From positions 106,020,001 through 106,084,000 of the forward strand of contig OX597817.1 in the NCBI GenBank assembly GCA_951406725.2: a DNA stretch of 64,000 bases. The letters run 5' to 3'. The position numbers were made by a program, and so were the translations under genes. This document shows, one piece after another, positions 1-12,764 of this stretch; within the stretch, counting starts at the first letter, position 1; every line of letters begins with the position of its first letter. The notes under the pieces were generated by a model, which was not told the origin of the DNA, did no database searches, and saw nothing but the letters and a program-made list of their open reading frames with translations. This stretch comes from Octopus vulgaris. Its lineage: Eukaryota.

Positions 1-875
1 ATGATAAATGATAAAATCAACATTAGGTGGATTTGAAACCAGAACATAAAGAAAAACACAACTAACTGCTATAAAACGGTGTTTTTCAAAGGATGTGAAG
101 ACTGATAAAAGAGCAGACACATTGTCTTGTTTAATAAAATCAAAATGGTTTTAAGTTTTTAAAAGCTGTCTAAAATCAAGACAAAGAATGAAGTCTATGA
201 ATGCAAACTCTGTTTTATCCTCTCACAAATAAAGATGGGTGAATGAAACAAAAAAAATTCCTTATTTTTTGTGTGCAGGATCTGGTAATTGTCAGTCTCA
301 GAAACACTGCTAATAAGGTAGGGTACCATTTCTTGCTTTCATTATTGTTCTTATGTTACTTTCTATAGGCTGTGTCATATGGTATGTTACTGGGTTAATT
401 TCCTAATATACCATCCCTGCAACACCATTTTCTTGAATGTTTCTTCTATAATCTATTACACTATTCCTCACTTTTCAAGCTCTTTATTTCCTTGGCAGTC
501 TTCCACCAATCACCTTTCCTATCAGTAACGCTCTTTAACCTTCTTGACAATGTTGTACACAACCAAGCTGAACATTCCATTACTCTCTCTCTCCTCCCTT
601 CTCCCTTCTTCTCACCCTACTACTGTATTGCATTGTCTCTCTATTAACTACAATACATTCTTTTGTATTTTCTCATAAAGCAAATGTACTTCCCACCTTA
701 TGCTATATTGACCACTACTTCATTAAAAGAGAGATGATCTCAAAATAGAAATAAACATAGAAGACAAAGAGGATCCTTAACCTACAAAGGCCTATTTCTT
801 TTATACTAACTGTACGATAAACATCTTTGGCCCTCTTTGTAATATTGATTACCCCAGGAGGGGAGTACTTTTTAA

Positions 876-1103
876 CCCTTTGTCTGTCCTGTATGACAGA
901 TGTGATACACATGACATATTACCCTGGCATCCCTGCATCACACGATATACATTCTCAATTTTTTCTGCCATAAGTGTAACTTGGTACTTTTGAAAGGAAA
1001 GATTTATATTACTCAGAAGATATGAAACAAGCTAACTAAAGGTCTGAAAATAAAATTGGATGTTGAGGACAAACTTATAAAAATGCTTTGGACATGCAAA
1101 GGG
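876..1103. mobile_element. piggyBac-type MITE (non-autonomous DNA transposon)
   Basis: TTAA on both sides (872-875, 1104-1107). Terminal inverted repeats CCCTTTGTCTGTCC / GGACATGCAAAGGG match 12/14. CCC...GGG ends with TTAA target sites are typical of piggyBac. Confidence 0.7.
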
Positions 1104-2012
1104 TTAAAAGAAAATTTAGCAACATTACAAATAACTGTTAAACTAATGCTGATGTTGGGAACTGGAGTTAGTAAAATAGTGACAATGAGTAAAAGTCAAT
1201 ACATATAAGTGTATGCGAGTATTGTATTCTGTTCCTTTATTTATTCTATTTTGTTCCTTTACTTGTTTCAATCATTTGGGAGCTATGACCATCCTGGGGC
1301 AACCATATTCATTGATATAGTCAGTTAGATTGTCCTTAGCATTTGACTGGCACTGGTTTTACTCTGGAAGGTAAACAGTGAAGTCCACTTGAATGGGATT
1401 TGGACTCAGAACATCTATCTATCTATCTATTTGTGCATGTGTGTGTGTATGCTTGCATCCATATATGTAGATATGAATGTATATGTATATACATGCACAT
1501 AAGTAAATATATGTATGTATATATATCAATACACTACTTCCATCCATACACACACACACTTTAATACACTTAGTTATATATACAATAATAGTTACTCAGT
1601 AATATTTTAGACTCTACCTTTCATATTTCTGAGGTTGGTAATATAACATACCCTCAAATACTGAGGTCAGTATGATCAACTATACCCTGCGCCAAACCTT
1701 GTGTAAGACATTTTAAACTATTTTTAAATAAATCTGGTTAGGTGAAACAAATCAGTCTACAAACCACACATTTAGTCGTTACAGTATCAGAGCCTGCCTT
1801 TATTATTATAGTACTAAAATTGTTTTGTGGGTATAATTGTTTTTCTAGTGATATGGAGTATGGTTTTCTAGTGAGATGGAGTATACTATATAGTATGTAG
1901 TTACATGTAGTAGTTTATAGCTATGTAAGAAATTGACATTAACGAAATGACATGTCAAAAACTATCAAAACATAAAAATTGTCAAATAGTTTTCCTGCTG
2001 GTTTAAATCTTA

Positions 2013-2582
2013 ATCTTTTGCTTGTTTCAGTCATTGAAGGGTTTAATTAAACAAACTGACCCTGGTACTTTTATTTTTTTAAGTCTGATAAAAACAGGTC
2101 AGTTTTTTTTAGTTATAGGGTAGTAAACAAATGAACAACAATTATCAGGTGACGATGGGGACAAACACAAAGATAAACACACATGCCACTACCCCTGCTG
2201 AAGAGGATTGGCCTGCAAGAGCCCTATGCTGGTGCAACATAAAAAGCGCCCAGAACACTCTGTAAAGTGGTTGGCATTAGGAAGGACAACCACCTGTAGA
2301 AACCAAGCCAAATCAAATTGGAACTTGATACAGCTTCCTGGCTTTGGTCAAACTGTCCAACTCATACCAGCATGGAAAATGGGCATTAAGGGATGATGAT
2401 GATGATGATGATATATGATGATTTTCCACACAGTTTCTGTCAACTAAATTCTCTCACAAGGCACTGGTTGACCCAGAGCTATAGTGGAAGACACTTGTCC
2501 AAGACATTGTACCATGGGACTAAACCCAAAACCACATGGTTGCAAATCAAGTTTCCTAAGAACACAGCCACACCTGCACCTA
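2013..2582 (-). mobile_element. SINE family A copy, interrupted in its central microsatellite by an RTE LINE 3' end (2183-2411, +)
   Basis: Reverse-complement similarity to the intact family A copies at 22353 and 51575: tail 'cttgtttcagtcatt', head 'cacagccacacctgcacc'. The insert matches the RTE 3'UTR and ends in (GAT)n. Confidence 0.75.
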
Positions 2583-3368
2583 ATATTTAACTATGTTTAT
2601 TGACAGTAGAGGTGATAAGAGTTAAGTAGATGTTTAGACTGACTGACAGACAGCAAACAGATAAAATAGCAATAATAAATGATAAGGTAGGTAGATAGAA
2701 AGATAGATAGATATCTAATCTAGACATGGGTAGTGCTGACAGATTTGAATGCCCTCTTCCCTGCAACACTCTACATATATGATTATTATCTAAAAGTATT
2801 TTAATTTTGTATTTTATGCAAATGAGATAGCTAAAGGCTTGGAATCTATTTTAATAATTGAGAACCCTACCTAATCAAAATTCTGTTAGACTCATGATTA
2901 TTCAACATGCTTTCTGTTGTTGTTTTTTAAGACAGTAGGGTGTGATCTTATGATGTTTCTATTCAACACACCAACTACTATCCAGCACATACATTTACAC
3001 ATACACACACACACAAAGTATCATCATTATAATTTTATATGCTTATCATAATGGTAATGGTTGGATAGCACATATATTTACGTACACACATATTTTACAT
3101 GTGGGTATATGTGTTTATACTATAATTTGTGCTGAAAAATCAAAGAGACTAAAGTCAATGTATGTAAAGTTTATGGATATTTTATTAATGAAATGATATC
3201 TTACAAGTGTACAGTCATTTCAATGTTATTGTATTTTTATTAAAAATCTCAAACGAACAAAGATGTTCAGAAACAATTGTGCATTTGTAAGAGATCATTT
3301 CCTCAGTTGTAATATGTATGTATGTTTGTGTGTGTGTAAATGTAAATACATACATAAATATATATATT

Positions 3369-3414
<46 letters not shown>

Positions 3415-3466
3415 TACAAGACAAGGTATAAATATAGGTCATTACATTTCTTCTTTGTAGTAAATT

Positions 3467-3590
3467 TAGCTTACAGCTGTTTCCAGTAGTCATTATAGGT
3501 TCGGTATTGATAGGTTTACACGATCGGCCTATTGATCAGTTGAGAGAAATTGAACAACCTCTGAAATTAATGCTTCTTTCATCAGAGCCA
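3467..3590 (-). ncRNA. Hammerhead ribozyme-like motif (type I) with ~95-nt stem II insert
   Basis: Minus strand reads UGGCU-CUGAUGA-[95 nt]-GAA-ACAGCUGU-A-AGCUA. Stem I is 5 bp, stem III is the palindrome ACAGCUGU, and the cleavage triplet is GUA. Stem II closing pairs are poor. Confidence 0.55.
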
Positions 3591-3715
3591 TTTCTGGTTA
3601 TAACAAAGCAGAACACTGAAGGAATGGTACAGGGATGGAGGAGGGGAGCATGAAAAGAGGCAATAAGAATCTGTATAAGGTAAGTGGAAGTATATATATA
3701 TATTTATAATAACAA

Positions 3716-3750
<35 letters not shown>

Positions 3751-3984
3751 CACGCAACTATTAGCGAATATTAATTAGCACATCCAACCTAATTTTGATA
3801 TGTTGTTTAGAATGCTGTAGACTGTGGTGTAGACTGTTAAACTATATCAGTTTGACTGGTCTTTGGCCTGGCATTTAGTGTTTGGCAGGTGAATCACATG
3901 ATACAACAGTTCCATCCACTGGCTCTGACGAAATTTTATCAGCCAATATAATCTTTGTTTTTTAGCATTTGTTGTCTACACAAG

Positions 3985-4250
3985 ATAAATTCTTGGAAAG
4001 TGCCAGTGATACATATAAGGCACCCATGCTGGTGACACATAAAAGGCACTGTGCCAGTAACACATAAAAGGGCATCCATGCTGGTGAGATGTAATAGATA
4101 CCTAGTACACTCTGGAAACTGGTTGGTGTTAGGAAGGGCATCTAGCCATAGGAACCAAACCAAAACAGATGATTGGAGCCTAATACAGTTCTCTGGCTGA
4201 CCAATTCTGGTCAAAGTGTCTAATCCATGCCAGCATGGAAAATGGACATT
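3985..4250 (+). mobile_element. RTE LINE 3'UTR fragment
   Basis: Matches the 3' end of the RTE copy at 27700-28070 (…ggttggtgttaggaagggcatc…ccatgccagcatggaaaatggacattaa). Confidence 0.75.
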
Positions 4251-4320
4251 AATTAGTAAAGCAGAAAGTCAGGAAGTGTGAGAGGTGAAGGTAGATTTAT
4301 TTTTCCATATGACTTCCTTA

Positions 4321-4470
4321 TGATTACAACTGTTTCATAACCTTCATGTATTAATTTCAGTATGCAAAATTTATTTGTACGTTTGCATCAATATATATGC
4401 TCAGCATTATACAATACAATTGTATATTCACAGATGAATGCAAATAAAGAAAGCTATTCATCAGATAATC
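4321..4470 (-). ncRNA. Degenerate hammerhead ribozyme-like motif with ~120-nt stem II insert
   Basis: Minus strand reads CUGAUGA-AUAG…UUAU-GAA-ACAGUUGU-A. Stem II is closed by 4 bp and the cleavage triplet is GUA. Stem I is imperfect. Confidence 0.45.
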
Positions 4471-5167
4471 AGAACATCATCTTTGGCTTTTGCAGGATAT
4501 CTATCTTCTAACTTTCACTTGCAAGGCACTGATCAGCTAAAGACTATGGTAAAAAGACTCTTAAAGTTCCACCAAATTGTTTGTATTTTGTTGTTTTTTA
4601 ATATACTCAGTTAATAAATCCTATAAGTATCCAATTCTAGTCTTTTCATTTTCCTTTGCAATATACATGATAATTTCATTTATCTTACATGATTAATGAA
4701 CAGTTGTCTTTTTAGCCTTAGGCTAGGCTGAATCAAGTCTGTCTGTGTTCAAAATCATTCTACATATGACCATCTCATTTTTTATTTGTCAGGCATACTT
4801 TATCTAGGATTACATTATCCGACTGTCTTTCCAGACAGTGGAATGGTATGAGAGAGACAGCAAGAGAGTGTGTGTGTGTGTGTGTGATTTGGCTGCTTTT
4901 TCTAGAAGGTTGATGCTTCCTCTTTAACTCAATATGCAGTATAAGTTAGTTACTCCCAAATTGTTATGAATCCTTGTCTTCAGAATTGTTCACTGATTCT
5001 TAGATTTTAGAATACAGGAGTGTCATACAATTATGAATCTTATACAACCTTCAAGGACTTCACGAAGATAAACAAGAGCGCTTTAATATAGTCATTCACC
5101 CTGCTATATCTTTCTCAAATCATTTACTACTATCTTAAAAGGAAAAATACATTGAGTAATGTAGGCA

Positions 5168-5405
5168 GTGGAGGCATGTGGCTTAGTGGTTAGGGGTGAT
5201 TGTAGATTGTGGTTTCAGTACCTTGACCAGGCAACCTGTTGTGGTCTTGAGCAAAACTCTTAATTTTACATTGCTCCAGTCCACTTAACTGACAAAAGTG
5301 AGTAATCCCGCAATGGTCTGGCATCTTATCCAGGTTGGGAATATATATGCCATGGAAACTGGGAAACCCGCCTTATGAATTTATGATTCAGGAAGGTACT
5401 TTATC
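5168..5405 (+). mobile_element. tRNA-headed SINE (family B-related)
   Basis: A-box-like 'tggcttagtgg', then a central block 'cttgagcaaaact…ttgctccagtccactt' shared with the copies at 9600, 29452 and 41036. Confidence 0.65.
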
Positions 5406-5974
5406 CTTTGTCCTATCCTAATGTAGGCATGGATATATAAAAAAGACAAGATGGTTGTAACTAGAAAGCTTTTTATCATAGGTCTGCTTTGATAAAACCA
5501 AGTAAGAGAGAGAACTTCTACAAAATTACTTGACCTACAAGAAATAACAGCCTTATCAACCTCAAATCATATCCTTTGGGATATACTGAACAGACAATGT
5601 AGCCCTACATATATGTAGGTCATCACTCTTTTAGGATGATTATGGCTGGAAAGATCAAAGCTCTGCTCAGTCTGGGTTAACTTGAGACTCAACAACTAAA
5701 ACAGCGATGAAAATTGTAATGAATAGAAAGAATTTTCTTCCCAAATTTTTATACTTTTATATTTTATCTCACTGTTAGCGGCAGGACTCAACATTTCCAC
5801 CAAGTTAAATATGTTTACACATGTATTATCTCCTAATGGACTGTTATGAGGGAAATAATAAATTTTTCATAACATTTGGCAAGATTGGAAATTCAGAATT
5901 AAAATTAAGGAGTTATAAAGAAAAAGATGCATAGAATACACATTTATTTATTTATGTTTATTAATGATGAAGTT

Positions 5975-6160
5975 CTTAAAATTTCTAGTCAGTAGTAATC
6001 ATGTATAGCACTGTTTTATTCTTTCTAGAAATCGTCAGCATGATCTAACCTGAGGTTTATTAATTAAACATTTTATGAAGCATGACTTTTCTTATAGACA
6101 GAAAATAATTACAGTCTGGAAGAAATTTTGGAATGTGTTTTCTTTTTTCTTTTCCTTTTC
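5975..6160 (+). repeat. Unclassified dispersed repeat, copy 1 (copy 2 at 15572-15765)
   Basis: Colinear similarity by eye: ttaaaattt.tagtcagt.gtaatcatgtatagcact…ttttatgaagc…gaaaataatta. Confidence 0.75.
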
Positions 6161-6723
6161 ACACAAATTCATTTGATAAGTGTTCTTTTAAATCAAATCG
6201 TTGCTTTATTAGAAATATGATGCCAGCTGTTCAATGATCTGTTACAAAATTCAATTGCTTATTTCATATCGAAAATGTTTCATCTTGAAAGTTTTGCTTT
6301 TTTTACTACTAGCTCTATTATATGTAAGTTTCCTTCCTCAAAATAACATTCAGTTATTTGAAATGTTATTTAAATATATGTAGTTTTGGGTTGTTTTTTT
6401 TATTTTATTGCTTTATCAGTGAGGAAGGGGGAGCTATGACCTTACATTTTCTTCAGAGTCATGAAGATTGCTGAAAAGGAGGGAAGTTAACCACAAATCA
6501 GAGATCTGGCCCTGTTGCTTACAACTGTTGTAAGTCCATCACCCTAGAATTCAGAACACAAAGAGTGGACACTCTAAAAATCCAACCCATCCATTACTGG
6601 AACTTTATTTTATTGACCCTGAAAGGCTGAAAGCCAAAGTTGATCTTAACATGATTTGAACTCAATCTGCATTAAACTGGAACATATGCTGCAATGCTTT
6701 TTATTCTATGTTCTAAGAATTCT

Positions 6724-6940
6724 ATGGTGGCCAGCTTGCAGAATCGTTATCATGCTTGACATAACACTTAATGGTATATTTTCCAGGTTTAAGTTCTTAG
6801 TTCAAATTCCACTAAGATTGACTTTGTCATTCATCCTTTTGGGGATCAGTAAAATGAGTACCAGTTGAGCATTGGAGTTGATGCAATTGACAAGTGCCCA
6901 TCTCCCCCAAAACTTCAGGTTTTGTGCCTATAGTAGAATG
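6724..6940 (+). mobile_element. SINE family C copy inserted into an older opposite-strand family C copy
   Basis: Exact 22-bp target-site duplication tattctatgttctaagaattct at 6702-6723 and 6941-6962. The body matches copies at 30645 and 53483. Confidence 0.8.
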
Positions 6941-7517
6941 TATTCTATGTTCTAAGAATTCTGCTAATCCACTATTCTTGGCTGGCACCTTATTTTATCA
7001 ACCCTGCTAAAAAAGATAAAATCCAAAGTTAACCTAAGCAGAATTTGATCTCAGAGTGAGGTAAACAATAACAAACACTACAAGGCATTTTATTTTACAC
7101 TCTAAGGATTCTGCCAATTCACCCCTTGAGAAAAAGAAGAGATCTCAGATATTTGGAAGTTCAAGTTCTTTTCAAAAGTAAAGAAGAGAGTTCCTTGTGT
7201 TGTGCTTGAAGTCACATGTAAGAGTTTATATTATGACAGTCAAGTGTTTTAATATGAGCTACCTCTCTAGTGTAGAATACTCTTTTTACTTGTTTCAGTC
7301 TTTGGATTATAGTCATGTTGGGACACCGCCTTAAAGGATTTTAATTGATCCTATCAAATCTTTTTTTTTTATTTTAATCTTATACTTATCTTTGTTTCTA
7401 TTTATCAAACTGTTAAGTTATGAAACATGAACAAAAACACCAGTTTGCAATCAATGTCAGTATAAAGCCAGATACACAAATACAAACACACACATATATA
7501 TGAATGTATACATGCAC

Positions 7518-7604
7518 ACATACATACATACATACATACATACATACATACATACATACATACATACATACATACATACATACATACATACATACATACA
7601 TACA

Positions 7605-7632
<28 letters not shown>
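7518..7632. repeat. (TACA)n microsatellite
   Basis: Pure tetranucleotide run; it is the source of the MYVC/HTYI ORFs. Confidence 0.95.
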
Positions 7633-7635
<3 letters not shown>

Positions 7636-8883
7636 GTGTGTATGTGTGTGAGGTTAAAGCCTTTACTTGCAATCACATGGTCTCAAGTTCAGTCTCACTG
7701 CATGTCATCCTGGGCAAATGTATTCTACTAAAGCCTCTACTACTGGTGTCTTCTACTATAGAGCTGACCAATGCATGAGGGAATTTGGTAGATTAAAATT
7801 GTGCAGAAGCCTGTTGTATGCTATTAATGTTATCATTCACTCACTTTGAGGAAAATCTTTAGTAGTCTTACAAATATATTAGAAAAACCAGTAGCACATA
7901 TGTTTGTATAACAGTAAAAATGTTGTAAGTTCATGTGCAAGAATAAAACATATGTTACAAGGGCTATGTATTTCCATGTTGACTAAACTTAGAATACTTG
8001 CTAATCCAACTGATAAAATCAGTATTGGTTTGGCTTGGTTCTTAAATAGTTCACTGGAGTTTCAGCTTGATATCACATATTCTAAAATTATACTCTATTA
8101 AGTCTTCTATAGTAAAATATCTTTTATATATTATCAGTGAGTGCAAAGAAACTTATGTTATGCTTCATGCTTTTATATCAAATCAAATCTTGATTTATCT
8201 TTATTATCAGAAACACTATCATGAACACTTCTCATTTATCATTTTCAATCTCTGCTTCCCATATCTGGTAGCCTTTATCACAAAATACATCTATTTTCCT
8301 CCCAAACACTCCATATTCTTTTTGCCATCCATTTTTTTTCTGCCTCTCAAATTTTTATGTTTTCAATGACTCCAATTTCTCACAGCTTTATATTTTAGCA
8401 TTCTACTAGGAATTTTTTTTCCTCTATAGAGGAACCTTTCCCTAAGGCTTGCAATCAGGAATCTTGCAGCAATGCTCAATTACTACATTTCAATTCAATT
8501 TCCTGCTAGCCTAGGCATATGCCAGGCTGTGAAAAACAACTCCTTCACTCAAATATTCAGTATCCAATAGCTGTCTTTAATCTACAACTAGCTAGCTGTC
8601 AGTATCGTGTGACAGCTGAGGTGGACACATTTTTAATGGGATGAAATTACACTTTTACAAACCATCTGATTAAAACTATACAATAAAAACAGAAGAAAAT
8701 ATTAAAAAAGATTAGGAAAATATTCATTATCAATTGCTATAATTTTTTTTTCTGTTTTGTGTATGTGAGAAACATAATAATACTAAAACAAATAAAAAAT
8801 AGAAAAATACATCATTTGAAATATGGATTCAAGAAGTGATTTATTTGCTTATTAAATTTTCATTTTTTTTTTTTTACATGCAG

Positions 8884-9306
8884 CCAAAACCAAAAGGAAA
8901 AATATAAATTCCTGGTACACAGAATTCAGTCAGTAAGGTAGTTTTTATTCTCATTTGAGGCCAATTCATTACATTTCTACCACTAATGTCTTTGGGAAAA
9001 GCAAGAGCTTTCTTTTTCCTTATTTCAAATTATATATGGGGTCTATGCATATAGTAAAAAAAAAATAAAGAAAATTAAATAAAAAGCACTTAATATTTTT
9101 CAAAATATTTTGGTATTATTGAATATAAATAAATCTTCTTGAAATCCAATAATATTATTTTTGGAAATCATTAATAATAAATTTTACTTGTTTCTTTGTT
9201 TTAGGTTCCTTTAAAAATAAATAGAATTGAAAGCAAAAATGAAGCTGCTCATATTACACCAGATGCTGTGATCTGTTGTCTATGCGAGTACATGAAAATA
9301 GAATGA
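8884..9306 (+). other. Possible pair of spliced exons (8884-8932 and 9205-9306) of an unidentified transcript
   Basis: Strong poly-T acceptors (…ttttacatgcag|, …tttgttttag|) and a donor tca|gtaagg. The joined frame is open: QNQKEKYKFLVHRIQS-VPLKINRIESKNEAAHITPDAVICCLCEYMKIE*. No homology is recognised. Confidence 0.2.
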
Positions 9307-9502
9307 CCAAGGTTTTAAAGAGATGGAATAGACAGTTAAAAGTTCTGGGTATTAGTTTATAGACATTAGTGATATAAATAAACTGGATCTACTTGGAGTA
9401 AAACCTGTCTTCTAGATGCAATTTGCTGGCAAAATCATTAAAATGTCAAGTAAATTGTCATGTAGCATGTATTCTGGGACTCTGAGCTGGGTTCAAATCC
9501 TG

Positions 9503-9583
9503 CTAAGGTCTAGTTTAACTTGCATCTTTTCTGGGTCAATACAATTATTGACCCAGAAAGGATGCAAGTTAAACTAGACCTTA
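9503..9583. repeat. Fold-back inverted repeat at the truncation point of a family C SINE
   Basis: Arms of ~38 bp (taaggtctagtttaacttgcatc…gggtcaata / tattgaccc…actagacctta) with 1 mismatch and a 4-nt loop. Confidence 0.9.
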
Positions 9584-9597
9584 CTTATCTTGGATGG

Positions 9598-9915
9598 GAG
9601 TGAAGGTGCATGGCTCAGTGGTTAGAGCGTCAGCCTCACAATCATGAAGTAGTGAGTTTGATTCCTGGATTGTGCTGTGTGTTGTGTTCTTGAGCAAGAC
9701 ACTTTATTTCACATTGCTTCAGTTCACTCAACTGTAGAAATGATTTGCAATATCACTGGTGCCAAGCCTTTGCCTTTCCCTCAGTGGTGTGGAGATGGGT
9801 GGCTGGTATGCATGAGTGACTGCTGGTCTTTCATAAACCTTGCCCAGACCTGTGCCTCAGAGAGGAACTTTCTAAGTGCTATCCCATGATCATTTGTGAC
9901 CAAAGAAGGTCATTC
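9598..9915 (+). mobile_element. tRNA-headed SINE family B
   Basis: A box tggctcagtgg and B-box-like gagtttgattcc. Colinear with the minus-strand copy at 41036-41376. Confidence 0.85.
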
Positions 9916-11129
9916 ACTATCATGGGAGGTGGAATAGCTAAATTGTTAAAGTGCTGAATGGGACACCTTGCAGTATTAGTTCCATATTTTTGCATTCTGA
10001 ACTCAAATTCCATCTTAGTATTGATGGCCAGGCCTAATCTCACAACCATGGGAGTACCCTGTTCTATTTGAAATTGGTCAGAATTGGATAAGTATGCTTA
10101 TAACCAGCACAAAGCAGCATACTAAAAAGTGTCATCTAACAGGGTATTATGAATTGGATGCTCATATGAATACAAACAGAATAAAACAAGTTATGTGTAA
10201 ATTGGACCATGGCTTACCGAGATATGCAGTTTTTTCGGGTACCTTTATAAATAGACAAACTGGTGTATAATGGGGAAAATGCTTTGAAAGTAAGGTAACA
10301 TTGAAATGTGAATACATATGTTATTTCATGTGGAGACCTCAGAGTTTCTCAAGAAACTCTGAGTTTCCCACCAACAGAGTTTTTGTTTCGTGAGTTTTGT
10401 GTAAATCAGACCACAGATACCTGAGATATGCAGTTTTTTCGAGTAGCTTGAACTACTGGTGACCCAAAAGGATCAGAGATAGTCTAATATGTATAGACAA
10501 TCAATAAGAGACATTCAACATCTTTGGTAGATTTTGTAAGGTGACTGAAGGAGGATAAAAGTACAGCATTAACTGGTCCATAGTAAGGTATGCAAAACCA
10601 TACAATATAATTTCCAGGAGTTGCCATCTCTGCTCCAAGGAATCCCTGTCTATTCTGTGAACTAACGAGAAGATAATTAATAGAATTTCTGAACGGCTCT
10701 TGAAATGCCTATATGCATATAAATGTACTTTCACGCAATGCAGTGAGAATGAATTTTGAGTAGCCGTTAATTCAATTTACTTTAAGGTATGGATGACTTA
10801 AGTTTACTTTTAATCTCCCCATTCTTTGTGATCATGAGTGCACCAAGCTTCACATGTGCATATGCTCACATTTTTGCAGATGCGTGTATGAGTGAGTGTA
10901 CTCATGCTATGCAGTTCGCCCGAGGGTGTTTATACATACATATCTGTTAACGGTTATTTTCAATACTTTTCTTGCTGGATTACATGTTCGTTTCTCTCTT
11001 TGTTATCTGCAATTTTATTTTTGATCTTCTGTATAAATGAAGATATTTCCTGTCTGGCTGTTTTTCTCTCTACAAAATGGAAAGTTACATTGCAGAGCAG
11101 TCATTTTAACGAGTTGTATTTATTTATTT

Positions 11130-11235
11130 ATCACCCGACGAGATACATCTGCACTATCAGATGCTCCTGAACCAATTGTTGAGTGTCCCACCCAAGAGGA
11201 ATCGATGCTAGATGTGTCAAAGCAATTGTCGTGAT
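11130..11235 (+). ncRNA. Decayed hammerhead ribozyme motif with 77-nt stem II
   Basis: Reads AUCAC-CCGACGA-GAUACAUCU…AGAUGUGUC-AAAGC-AAUU-GUC-GUGAU. Stem I is 5 bp and stem II is closed by 9 bp. Core substitutions are U4C, G12A and A15.1G. AATAATAAATT follows, as for other HHR copies here. Confidence 0.6.
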
Positions 11236-11309
11236 TAATAATAAATTCTTGTATATTCCATCTTCTTTCTTTCATTTGTTATATATATATATATAAATAT
11301 ATATATATG

Positions 11310-11343
<34 letters not shown>

Positions 11344-12032
11344 AGGTATACTCATAATAATAAAAAGAAATAAGTAGGTTATAACTACATGCACATGTAA
11401 ACAAATATAAATACTATTATATATACACAACTTGATACATACATATTTAGACTATTATATATATATACACACATTCAATAACTCTTATGTTATACATTTA
11501 CATAAGATATATATCTAAAAGTCAGTGAACCACAAGTCTTCCCAGTCAGGACCAACAACAACAACAAAATACATACAAACTCCTCCTCAATCTGTAATGA
11601 CAGTATTGAGTGAAGGTAATAATTATCTTGTAACATGAATTATTGTAGTAATTTTACCTGGCTTTCTATAGTTTCTATTTCTCTAGTTTACTCCAGTCAA
11701 ACCCACATGTATTGAAACATCTTCTTTAACCAGAATTTTTAGACTTCATGTTATTGGCAAAATTCATTTCTTTTATTAATTTGTATCAAAAGATGAAGCC
11801 AATTTAATCAAGTCAACTCGACTCTTTCCATTGGTTAAATAAAACTGGCCAATCAGCACAACTCAGTAAATTTTCAATGATCTACTTTCTGGAGTCCACT
11901 GCTAAGATGTTTGCTCATTTCTTGGAATTAATCAGAAGTACTAGTACACATTCCCTTTCATTCTGTCAAATGTATTTTTGATTGGTCAGCTTGGAGTCCA
12001 TTAGAACACATGCACATGCGCACACACACACA

Positions 12033-12067
<35 letters not shown>

Positions 12068-12764
12068 TTCACTCAAACATACATGCGCTTTCTCTACTTC
12101 TCTCACTCTCTACCTCACCAACTCAATCTCTACTACACAAAGGAAAACAACTACACAGAAACATTCACATATAATCAGATAGATACAGGAACTTATTTTT
12201 CTTTCTTTGCATCTCTTACAACTCTTTTTAACAATTCTCTTTCACATCAAGGAAAATCACGGAAATATATTTACTTTCTGAACCTTTAATGTTGGTCTCT
12301 ATAACTTTATGGAAAGAACTGTACAACCTTTAATCTCTTTATATTCTTATGTAGTCTATTGAGCCATCATGCTTAATGCTATTCTCTTTTCAACATACAA
12401 TAAATACACCATGCTGAATTTGAATGACAACAACTTCTCTTCTTTATGACTTTCTTCTTTTATTATTATTATTATCATCATCACCATCATTATTATTATT
12501 ATATTTTATATTAAATTATTTTATAACAATTTCTTTGATATACTTTGGAACTCCATTCTAACATCTTAGTATTATCTGTTTACTGAATTAAGCCTGGAAC
12601 TTTTTATGTTTAATATTTATAGTGTTTACCTGGGTAAGGACTAGCTACCTTGCCTACCATAAATGAAAAGGCAGGCAGGGAGAGGCAACAGCATAACTTA
12701 TGAGTCAGAAGCTAGAATATATATGAGGAAATATGTATGTATGCACATGCATACACACACCAGG

